Positions 9,301 to 17,126 of a stretch of 64,000 bases of DNA are shown here, piece by piece. The stretch's first letter is position 1. Every line of letters starts with the position of its first letter. The position numbers and the translations under genes are program-made. The notes beneath the pieces are model-generated. The model had not been told where the DNA came from. It saw only the letters and a list, made by a program, of their open reading frames with translations, and did not search any database. The stretch comes from a virus (lineage: Duplodnaviria > Heunggongvirae > Uroviricota > Caudoviricetes): the IMG/VR virus record IMGVR_UViG_3300024269_000002; one strand, 5' to 3'.

Positions 9301-12300
9301 TGTTGCTGATATTGACTTCAGTAATCCTGCAGATCTTCCTGCTCCTGTGATGTATAAGGGTGTTTCTTATACACAAGATACAAAAGAATATCGTCTTGCA
9401 AAGTTTGAAGCGGAGTTTGAGAACTACTTCAACATGCACTACTCCTTGGTGTACTATGTGTTTACATTCTTCGCATTGATGGTTGACCAGAGAGCAAAGA
9501 ATATGTTCTTGACTTACTGGAATGGTAAGTGGTATCCTTACTTGTACGATAATGATACATCATTCGGAATTAACAACGAAGGCGCAAGAGTATTTGATTA
9601 CTACCATGAGGATACTGACACGCTTGGAACTTCAAATGTTTACAACGGTCAGAACAGCACACTGTGGGTAAACTTTAGACAGTGTTTCCCGCAAAAGATT
9701 CGTTCAATGTATTCCACCCTTCGTAGTGACAAGAAGATTACTTACGACATCTTGGTTGACAAGTTTATTACAAATGGTTCAGAACAGTGGAGTGCGTCTC
9801 TTTACAATGAGGATGCTGAGTTCAAATACATCACAATGGCTCGTCCAGAGCTTGTTGGTGAAGAGAATGTGGACACTGCAAACTTGTATCAAGTAAAAGG
9901 TTCCGCCGAACATCATTTTAAGTACTTTGTTGAGAATAGACTTATGTACTGTGATAGCAAGTGGAATTGTGGTGATTATCCTTCCGACTATGCTTTCTTG
10001 CGTATCTATACGCCACAGTTAACAGGTGGTAACACACCGATACAGAAAAATGGTACATGGTGGATTGAGGATACTGACACAGGTATTGAAATTACAACAG
10101 ACTCCGAAGGAGCTGTTATCGCGCCAATCGTCGGTGATAACGGTAACTGGTACATCAACAATACTGACACAGGAATTCTTGCAACAGGTAATGCCCTTGT
10201 TGTTCCTGCAGATCCAAGAATTACAGTAACTCCGTTCTCTAACATGTACGCAGGTGTCAAATACAAAGCAAACGGAATCTTCCAGAGTAAGCGTCTCGGT
10301 GCTGGAGAGTCTTGGAAGTTTGCTCCTCCTGGATATGATACTGGAAACAGAGAAATCTTCAACGATACAGAAACAGGTATCTACGGTGCAAGTGAGTTGT
10401 CATCTCTGGGTGACTTGTCTGGATTGTACTGTGGTGTTATCAATGTGTCTGCATGTAAGAAGTTAACTGATCTAATTATCGGAAATCGTACTCCGGGATA
10501 TGCTAATGACAACTTCCGCGAGTTAAGTATTGGTAGTAACAAACTGTTAACCATACTGGATGTTACCAACTGTACAGGACTCGGACTTGATCACGGTAAC
10601 GGTACTCCTCAGGAAACATTGTCCGTTAAGAACTGTCCGAATATTGAAGAGGTTTGGGCTCATGGTACACATATCAAGACAATCGAACTTCCTGAATCTG
10701 GTTACTTGAGAGTACTTCATGCTCCTGAAACACTCACATCTCTTACTATTAAGAATCAGTTGTATCTCGAACTGGAAACAGAAGAGAATGCAGCTAAAGA
10801 AGTATACGGTTTGAATATTCCTGACTGGAAAAACATCAAACAGTTGTACATTGATAACTGTCCGAAACTGGACACAGTCGCTATCCTGAATGAATGTAAG
10901 GATGACAATGGTAACTGGACTGTTGAGCGTATCAGATTGACGAATGTTCACTGGGACCTTGACGACATTACATTCCTACAGTCACTATATAGTGTAGCCG
11001 GTCGTGACCAGAATGAAATGAACACAGAGCATGCTTACTTGATTGGTACTTGCCACATCAAGAAGCTGACTGGTGCTGAGATGGCTGAAATCAATGCTGC
11101 ATATCCTTATCTGGATATTACATTTGATGAATTAAACGCAGAACTAACATTCAAAGATCTCCAAGGTAACACAATTGACTTCGGTGAAAGCTTTGCTAAC
11201 CCTCAGAAGATCAAAGCTGTTAATAACATTGGCGGAACCTGCGAGTGTCCTATAACTTCCGGATACTATGATATTCCTGTTCGTGCTGAGGATGCTCAGT
11301 ATACTTATGAATGGGGTGGATGGTCAAGATTCCTCGATGAAGAACCTGAAGCAGATGCTCTGACAAACATTCGTGGAGATAGAACAGTTTATATAGCATT
11401 CAAAAAGACTGTTAAGAAGTATCCGATTGATTTCTACAATGATGATATGTTCTTAGTAACTGTCACAACTCCGTATGGATCCACAGCTGTTTATCCTTAT
11501 GGTGAACCTCAAAAGCTCGGAACTGATAACCCCGATCTTTATGAATTCCGTGGCTGGGCTCCTTCTCCTGTGGAGATAACAGGCCCTATGAAAGTTTATG
11601 CTCAGTTCCAAGTTGATGATGACACTTGGCATGTGCTAGGTCTAAACGATATCAAGTATTCACTTGATTCCTCAAAAATGACAATGGCTATTACAAGCTA
11701 CGATGCTGTTGAGCCAGTTGTTCAAGTTCCTGCAACATTCGGTGCATCCGGTTCGACTTATACGGTAACATCAATTGATGGATTTAATACAAAGCCTGTT
11801 GAGTTGATTGATCTTCCAGATACATTAACTGAATTTGGTGAATATGCATTCAAGGATTGTACTTCGCTATCAAATGTGGAGGTTCCGGTGAATGTGTCCA
11901 AGATAGGTAATGGAGCATTTGCTAACTGTACAAATCTTGATTTGGTCCAGTATGATGCAACAAATGCAAGCGTTGTTTGTACAAATGTTACTCAAGGACC
12001 ATTCAACGGTTGTGTATCCGATAAGGGATTCATTGCAACTATCGGTAAGAATGTTCTTACTATTCCTGACTCGTTGTTCGCTCAAGGCGCGTTCAAAGAA
12101 AATACATTGACAAACGTTACATTTGAGTCTGGTAGCTCTTGTACTACAATCGGTAGTTATTCTTTCAGCCGTGTGTCTCTTGAAGATCTTCATCTTCCTT
12201 CAAGTGTTAGAACAATTGAGAATCATGCGTTCTTGGAGAACAACTACATTACAAGTTTAGAACTACCTGAGGGTGTTCAAACACTTGGAGATAGTTCCTT

Positions 12301-12994
12301 CTCTGGATGGAAGAAGCTACAAACTGTTACATTGCCAAGTACAATAACATCAATTGGAACAGGTGTGTTCAGTGATTGTCCAAAACTAGAACAGATATCA
12401 ATTGCTTCTGGCAACAAGGTTTACAAAGTTGTTGATAACTGTTTGATTGATATCTCAAGAAACTTGCTTGTGCAAGGTTGCATGAACAGTGTTATCCCTT
12501 CAAGTGTCATTGCACTTCAAGCAAATGCATTCCAAGGATGCTCACAGCTTGCTAGTGTAACAATCCCTTCCGGAGTAAGTTTAATTCCTGCTTATGCATT
12601 CGATGATTGTACTAATCTGACAAGTGTAGTTATTCCTTCAACTGTTACAGACATTGAAATGCTTGCGTTCTACAACTGCGGTAAGTTACAGATTGAGCTT
12701 CCAGACTCAGTGGAGTATATCCGAAGTCACGCATTTGCCTACAATATTGCTCTTGAGAGGGTTTCCTTACCAAAGAATCTTAAGATTCTTGCAGAGCGTG
12801 TCTTCAGATACTGTAAAGCACTTCACACTGTGACATTTAGAGGAACTCCTTCTCAGATTGATGCTCTTGCACTTGCAGATTGTACCGCATTAACTACAAT
12901 CAATGTTCCGTGGTCACAAACAGATGCAATCAATGCAAACGCACCTTGGGGAGCTACTGGTGCAACAATTAACTACAACTACACAGGAGAATGA
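6365..12994 (+). CDS. Giant multidomain fibre/receptor-binding protein (KxGDG N-domain, LamG-like, CotH-like, LRR, B-repeat-like, BspA-type LRR)
   Basis: 2209 aa, GTG start. N-terminal QLRHGTTSDW...FKLGDG; LamG-like GKTIELEF...IDLYTIRVYD; CotH-like QGTSS..RKNW and DQRAKNMF..W..YLYDNDTSFG; GW-containing B-repeat-like units; C-terminal IxLPxxLxxIGxxAFxxCxxL repeats. Confidence 0.7.
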   Translation: MAKFITQLRHGTTSDWQKSSVIPAKNELVVEYREDGSRRFKLGDGSSSFINLDYIDGDIERAVDVINARVSNLIVPPSGAISCDDEVEDIRVGYDGTTFDKAGDAVRAVGDDVHNLRKSLQQFINGDAVDGLLYEDNLLYLTADGVIVSDPVEIKGGSGGGGGTSDSSVKVRIKNDTGVSAISAATGSPVILKFTYISLEDEVPTGDYTCSISVNGKVVRTTTLSQTAQTIDVAEYLDAGTNNVRVTCTDIYGNARSLAYTCTVIDLSLVSSFNSSIPFDSDITFKYIPRGDIEKVVYFFIDGKEIAHQTITSSGRQTTQIIPLQSHGSHKLEVYATAVLNDQTIKSNTLVYDVMCIGAGRDEPLIASAYTVTETKQGNILSIPYVVYDPLKTEAEIELIITQIVNGVETHYDTTPLTVDRTQHYWNVRKYPTGTVKFTIAYSTEKYPDTKVSHIVLVEASDLSVEPITDSLALHLSAVGRSNDEKNPAVWTYGDVTTTFRDFNWETNGWVEDEEKDTCLRLNGDARIEIGYKLFGRDFREMGKTIELEFAIRDVNDRDAIVIDCTDGDVSLQVTADTATLSGSGAKVNCTYRENERVRVGFTVGIGTNGTRFVSTYIDGILSNITQYPTTGNFEQKTKRNISIGSGLCGIDLYTIRVYDNELAPNEMVQNYIADATIPSVKQELFEDNDIYDSNGKVSYEKIKSKIPVVTFVGAMPTYKGDKKKNSVRMIFEHPEHPELNFNEILKEIDVQGTSSQFYVRKNWKTKHNDYHQHMLDEVPAKVFCMKVDYAEATGTHNTQVANFAETLYTEKIPPQTEDPRVRTTIAGFPCVIFEKETDDSTPVFSSKANFNFDKGAENAFGFTDKYDTECWEFCNNTSNSCNFLGEIPADWRADFEPRYCGLKTTVTKDDGEEETVGVWDRIEELREKEEALSAEGQTLSELEQEELAELHATAIARFKVMHDWVRSTATVYPTGDGAVADIDFSNPADLPAPVMYKGVSYTQDTKEYRLAKFEAEFENYFNMHYSLVYYVFTFFALMVDQRAKNMFLTYWNGKWYPYLYDNDTSFGINNEGARVFDYYHEDTDTLGTSNVYNGQNSTLWVNFRQCFPQKIRSMYSTLRSDKKITYDILVDKFITNGSEQWSASLYNEDAEFKYITMARPELVGEENVDTANLYQVKGSAEHHFKYFVENRLMYCDSKWNCGDYPSDYAFLRIYTPQLTGGNTPIQKNGTWWIEDTDTGIEITTDSEGAVIAPIVGDNGNWYINNTDTGILATGNALVVPADPRITVTPFSNMYAGVKYKANGIFQSKRLGAGESWKFAPPGYDTGNREIFNDTETGIYGASELSSLGDLSGLYCGVINVSACKKLTDLIIGNRTPGYANDNFRELSIGSNKLLTILDVTNCTGLGLDHGNGTPQETLSVKNCPNIEEVWAHGTHIKTIELPESGYLRVLHAPETLTSLTIKNQLYLELETEENAAKEVYGLNIPDWKNIKQLYIDNCPKLDTVAILNECKDDNGNWTVERIRLTNVHWDLDDITFLQSLYSVAGRDQNEMNTEHAYLIGTCHIKKLTGAEMAEINAAYPYLDITFDELNAELTFKDLQGNTIDFGESFANPQKIKAVNNIGGTCECPITSGYYDIPVRAEDAQYTYEWGGWSRFLDEEPEADALTNIRGDRTVYIAFKKTVKKYPIDFYNDDMFLVTVTTPYGSTAVYPYGEPQKLGTDNPDLYEFRGWAPSPVEITGPMKVYAQFQVDDDTWHVLGLNDIKYSLDSSKMTMAITSYDAVEPVVQVPATFGASGSTYTVTSIDGFNTKPVELIDLPDTLTEFGEYAFKDCTSLSNVEVPVNVSKIGNGAFANCTNLDLVQYDATNASVVCTNVTQGPFNGCVSDKGFIATIGKNVLTIPDSLFAQGAFKENTLTNVTFESGSSCTTIGSYSFSRVSLEDLHLPSSVRTIENHAFLENNYITSLELPEGVQTLGDSSFSGWKKLQTVTLPSTITSIGTGVFSDCPKLEQISIASGNKVYKVVDNCLIDISRNLLVQGCMNSVIPSSVIALQANAFQGCSQLASVTIPSGVSLIPAYAFDDCTNLTSVVIPSTVTDIEMLAFYNCGKLQIELPDSVEYIRSHAFAYNIALERVSLPKNLKILAERVFRYCKALHTVTFRGTPSQIDALALADCTALTTINVPWSQTDAINANAPWGATGATINYNYTGE

Positions 12995-13698
12995 TCATGT
13001 ATAAACTTATCACAAGAGATGTTGTTGTAGATGTTTTAGAAACTGTTAAATATGTGAGATGGCTCAAGAAGTCAAAACGATTTGTTCTAACTGACAGAAC
13101 AAGTGCTCATGGTGTTTACGGTTCCGACAATAAAACTGTTTATGTTCTTGAGGGCAGTAACTGCCCTCAAGTTCTTCCTAATACTGTTGTTAAACTGATT
13201 CAGATTACAGAATCTGAATTCACTCGTCTGAAGTCTTTACTACATGGTAAAGTAACTGTTGATGCTGATATTGTTTTGTTGAATAAAACGAAAGATGAAA
13301 AGCTTCAAGAGTTATCTAAGAAATGTAAAGCTGCAATCGAGGCGGGTGTTAGTGTCATGTTCTCTGACAACAAGTCTCATGAATTCCGATTAACAGTTGA
13401 GGATCAGTTAAATCTATGGTCGATTGAAAAGGAAATTCAAGCTGGCAGCTTAGCTGTACTTTATCATGAAACCGGAAAAGCCTGTAAGATGTACCGAGCT
13501 AGTGATATCATTAAATTGATTCAAGCTGCCGATTTACATAAAAAGCATCATACAACATACTATAACATCCTCAAACATTGTATAAACAATATGTACAGTA
13601 AAGAGGAAGTTGATCGTGTTTACTACGGTATTCCTTTGGAGGATCTTCCGATGTCGGATGATGTACAATATCTTGTAAAGGAGCAACACATTGTCTGA
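12991..13698 (+). CDS. Tail fibre assembly chaperone-like protein (DUF4376-like)
   Basis: ATGA overlap with the giant fibre. C-half LSKKCKAAIEAGV...FRLTVEDQLNL...YH..G..C..Y...HHTTYYN resembles phage DUF4376-type proteins that follow fibres. Confidence 0.55.
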   Translation: MIMYKLITRDVVVDVLETVKYVRWLKKSKRFVLTDRTSAHGVYGSDNKTVYVLEGSNCPQVLPNTVVKLIQITESEFTRLKSLLHGKVTVDADIVLLNKTKDEKLQELSKKCKAAIEAGVSVMFSDNKSHEFRLTVEDQLNLWSIEKEIQAGSLAVLYHETGKACKMYRASDIIKLIQAADLHKKHHTTYYNILKHCINNMYSKEEVDRVYYGIPLEDLPMSDDVQYLVKEQHIV

Positions 13699-13957
13699 TA
13701 AAACACTACATGCTCGAATTATCAATATACATGATGTCGAGTACAACTGGAATCAAGCAAAAGACTTTGTTCCTAAAGCGGGGGAGATTGTTGTTTATGA
13801 TGTTGATCAGGGGCACACTTATCCACGATTCAAGATGGGCGACGGAAAGACATCTGTTGTTGATCTTCCATTTACATTAGATGCTACAATTAGTGATTTC
13901 TTCGGAGGAGCGTCCGGAGTAATCTACCTCAATGGTGGCAACATCAATGACTACTGA
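13691..13957 (+). CDS. Minimal fibre adaptor (KxGDG domain plus C-terminal LNGG)
   Basis: 88 aa, TTG start overlapping the upstream gene. FVPKAGEIVVYD...RFKMGDGKTSVVDLPF, ending IYLNGGNINDY. Confidence 0.6.
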   Translation: MSDKTLHARIINIHDVEYNWNQAKDFVPKAGEIVVYDVDQGHTYPRFKMGDGKTSVVDLPFTLDATISDFFGGASGVIYLNGGNINDY

Positions 13958-13967
13958 GAGGTAGAAC

Positions 13968-14492
13968 ATGTTAGAAAAAGTTATTGTATCTAGAGTAAAA
14001 CAAAAAATGGCCACTCTAGCTGAGTGGCAAGCAGTGTGGCAAACGTTCGTTCCACTTCGTGGTGAACAGTGTGTTATCATCATTCCTGCAAATTCTACGG
14101 AAGGTGAAGCTCTTGGATTTACAAGGTCTGAGGATATTCGTCATGTTTCAAAAACAGGTGATGGTACATCATTCATTGGAGACTTACCTTGGGATGCAGA
14201 TAGCTCAAATGTTTCTCAAGCTCTAGCTTCAAATGAGCAAGAAATCAATAGAGTATCTGCTCTTGTTGGTGAGGAAACAGTTGCTACACAGATTACAAAA
14301 GCTTTCAGTGAAAAGTTCTTCATTGGTACTACAGCTGAGTACAAAACAGCTTATGATGCAGGATTGATTACTGATGGTATGGTTGTTTTCTTAACAGATG
14401 ATGATGGAATGATTAACAGTGGCGAAATGGATAGTAGTTCAACATCAGCTGTTCTTGGCTTGGCTGTGCTAGGTCAAATGGTTCTAGGTTAA
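13968..14492 (+). CDS. Fibre adaptor-like protein
   Basis: GAGAGG RBS. FVPLRGE...SKTGDGTSFIGDLPW N-domain; C-terminal SAVLGLAVLGQMVLG. Confidence 0.55.
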   Translation: MLEKVIVSRVKQKMATLAEWQAVWQTFVPLRGEQCVIIIPANSTEGEALGFTRSEDIRHVSKTGDGTSFIGDLPWDADSSNVSQALASNEQEINRVSALVGEETVATQITKAFSEKFFIGTTAEYKTAYDAGLITDGMVVFLTDDDGMINSGEMDSSSTSAVLGLAVLGQMVLG

Positions 14493-14514
14493 CAAAATAT
14501 ACGAGGGATAAACA

Positions 14515-15606
14515 ATGATTATTACATTAAAAGGAGCCAATTTTAGTACAAATAAGATTGGCACATTATCAAACTGGACAATCACTCCTGTTATTGACTC
14601 CGGAACAGTTTACAGTGGTGTACGGTCTGTTAAGAAGGGTGATCCATTTTCTGCAACGTTGACACTTCAGGCGAATTATGCGTATTCAAATGGTGTTGAA
14701 GTTACAATGGGCGGTGGTGGAACAATTACAAAAACCGAAAATGGTAATGTTACCACAATCAGTACAACTAGCACTACAGGCAATATCACAATCAAAGCAC
14801 TAACATACAATACATCCACGGGAGAGAGTGGCGGCGGTGGAGAGGTTGTTGATCCAACTCCTGGCGATACAACTGGTACTGTAACTTGGGAGATGGGCGC
14901 AATCAATAGTGGAGGTGGCCCTAACTCTACTGATATGCCTAAACAGAGAATACGCACTGCTGGTTATTTACAAGTAGAAAGCTCAATTACTATTAAAGCA
15001 ACTGGTAATGTAGAATTCTGTCCTGTCTACTATAGAACAGATAAGACTTACATTTCTTCTCCAAATAAATATCAAACCACTGATTGTGTGGTAAATGCTA
15101 GTGAATATCCATTAGTTCGTTTAATGATTAGAGATAAAACTAGTACCTCTGCTGATTTAACTTCTAAGTTAACTGAGTTGGGTAATAGTATAGTTATTAC
15201 TGGTAATTTCGTTGAAATTCCTTATGGTTCAGGAGAAGAACCTGATGAGCCTGAGACTCCCACTAGAATTATTCCACCTCTTGCAGATACAACAACTTGG
15301 TATGTTGGTGCATTAAATAGCCAGAATGGTGAAGTTGTTTCGTCAATGAAGACTAGACTTTATAGTAACCGCTTTGCTTTAACTAGCTCTCCAATGACCA
15401 TTACAGTATCTGGTAATGCAGAAATTTGTCCCGTTTGGTATAATAGCGACGGCAGTATGAAGTCAACCCCTGCTGTATATCAGACAACCTCTATCACTAC
15501 AACTTCAACGGACGGACACTCTATCGCATTTATGATAAGAGATAAATCAAATACTAATGCTACATTAACTACAGACTTTGGTTCAAATGTTACCATTAGT
15601 AAATAA
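14515..15606 (+). CDS. Putative receptor-binding/carbohydrate-binding appendage protein
   Basis: Ig-like Thr-rich N-half, Gly/Pro/Glu linkers, and two ~95-aa repeats (WxxGAxNS...R..., E[FI]CPVxY..., MIRDK). Confidence 0.5.
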   Translation: MIITLKGANFSTNKIGTLSNWTITPVIDSGTVYSGVRSVKKGDPFSATLTLQANYAYSNGVEVTMGGGGTITKTENGNVTTISTTSTTGNITIKALTYNTSTGESGGGGEVVDPTPGDTTGTVTWEMGAINSGGGPNSTDMPKQRIRTAGYLQVESSITIKATGNVEFCPVYYRTDKTYISSPNKYQTTDCVVNASEYPLVRLMIRDKTSTSADLTSKLTELGNSIVITGNFVEIPYGSGEEPDEPETPTRIIPPLADTTTWYVGALNSQNGEVVSSMKTRLYSNRFALTSSPMTITVSGNAEICPVWYNSDGSMKSTPAVYQTTSITTTSTDGHSIAFMIRDKSNTNATLTTDFGSNVTISK

Positions 15607-15619
15607 GGAGGTTTAACTT

Positions 15620-16933
15620 ATGGCTTATGTAAAACAAACCTTCGAAAATGGCAAGGTGTTACATGATAGTGATTTGAATCAAATGAGCCAGGGTATTGTC
15701 GACAATTGGCAAATTTTATCAACTGGTTTTCTAGGCACTCCCACACAGGTAACTCCTGTGTGGAGTGTCGGAGCAATCAATTCACAAAACGGTGAAGATG
15801 CAGCTATGACAACTCGTATCAGAACTGATTTTATTGAAGTAACCGAGGATTTGATTGTCCAAGTGGGTGGAACTGGTGCAGAATTTTGTCCAACTTATTA
15901 TGACGCTTCTAAAAAATTTATAAGCAGTCCTGGACAATATCAAGTAAGCGATTTAACTGTTTCGCCATCGATGTGCAGTTATGTTCGTATTATGGCTAGA
16001 GATAAAGCAAATGTGAATAATACATTAAGTGCTAGTTATGGTCAAAATGTATCAATTATGACTGGTGGACAAAGAATGATCTATACTGCCGCAGAAATTG
16101 ATACAAAACTAGGAGGAGCTTCTGCTAACGGAGCAGCATCTGGATTAACTGGCAAAAAAATTGTCTTTTTAGGAGATAGTATTCCCCATGGACAAACCAC
16201 ATCTGGTTCAATTGAAATTCCATATCCTCAAGTTGTTGCAAAAAATCTAGGAATGACACTTAAAAATTACGGTATTGGTGGCTCAACTATTGCTCAAAAA
16301 GAAAATTATGGCGGCGCCTTCAAAACCAAGGCTGAATTGGATGCTGCAACGAAAGATACTTCTAAATACTATCAAGTTATCAATGGACAATCTTATACTA
16401 GCTATAAATATAATGGAAGTTCGTGGGTGACAACCTCTGATGCTCTAAGAACTCCTGTTACTGCACGATATGACTTTATGGACAATGACGCAGAGATTAT
16501 TTGTGTGCATTGTACTACAAACGACTGGAATTACGATTGGACTCCTCTTGGTGATTTTTCAAGTACAAGCGTCAATACATACTATGGCGCATTAAAACAG
16601 CTGCTTGAAAATTTAATCGCTAAATATCCAACAAAAACAATTATTTTTTTAACGCCTTTGAAAAGAGGTCAAGATCCTTATAATCAACCAGATTCTAAGA
16701 ACGCCAATGGCAAAACCTTAAAAGATTATAGAGATATTATTATTGAAGTTTGCGAATATTATGGTATTCCTGTGATTGATTTGTTTGCGATTAGTGGATT
16801 AAATCCACATTTAGCAAGTCAAGCAAATTTATTTGACAAAGTAAAAACTCACCCATTAACAGTAGGACATAAGAAAATGGGAGATATTGTAGCAAGTCAA
16901 ATTTTAGCATTAAGACAATTTGTTACTGCCTAA
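15620..16933 (+). CDS. SGNH/GDSL-family esterase, probably tail-associated
   Basis: IVFLGDS (block I, 16160-16180), NYGIGGST (block II), TND (block III) and D...HP (block V, His at 16850). N-terminal MAYVKQTF..LN.M..GI fibre-anchor motif. Confidence 0.75.
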   Translation: MAYVKQTFENGKVLHDSDLNQMSQGIVDNWQILSTGFLGTPTQVTPVWSVGAINSQNGEDAAMTTRIRTDFIEVTEDLIVQVGGTGAEFCPTYYDASKKFISSPGQYQVSDLTVSPSMCSYVRIMARDKANVNNTLSASYGQNVSIMTGGQRMIYTAAEIDTKLGGASANGAASGLTGKKIVFLGDSIPHGQTTSGSIEIPYPQVVAKNLGMTLKNYGIGGSTIAQKENYGGAFKTKAELDAATKDTSKYYQVINGQSYTSYKYNGSSWVTTSDALRTPVTARYDFMDNDAEIICVHCTTNDWNYDWTPLGDFSSTSVNTYYGALKQLLENLIAKYPTKTIIFLTPLKRGQDPYNQPDSKNANGKTLKDYRDIIIEVCEYYGIPVIDLFAISGLNPHLASQANLFDKVKTHPLTVGHKKMGDIVASQILALRQFVTA

Positions 16934-17007
16934 TATTATCTAATTTTAGGATGTGAACACACGACGCTTCTAGAAATAGTTTACTAATTCTATGCAATGT
17001 TATAAAC

Positions 17008-17043
17008 AGTGCTACTAAGCTAACATGTTAGCTTAGTAGCACT
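17008..17043. repeat. 36-nt perfect palindrome (probable terminator)
   Basis: AGTGCTACTAAGCTAACATGTTAGCTTAGTAGCACT equals its own reverse complement; followed by TATTTTAT. Confidence 0.85.
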
Positions 17044-17126
17044 TATTTTATATACTTTCTAATCAGTTGATTGTATTGTATATATATTATGTATAGAACT
17101 AAGATTTCATGTAAGAGGGATTAAAC

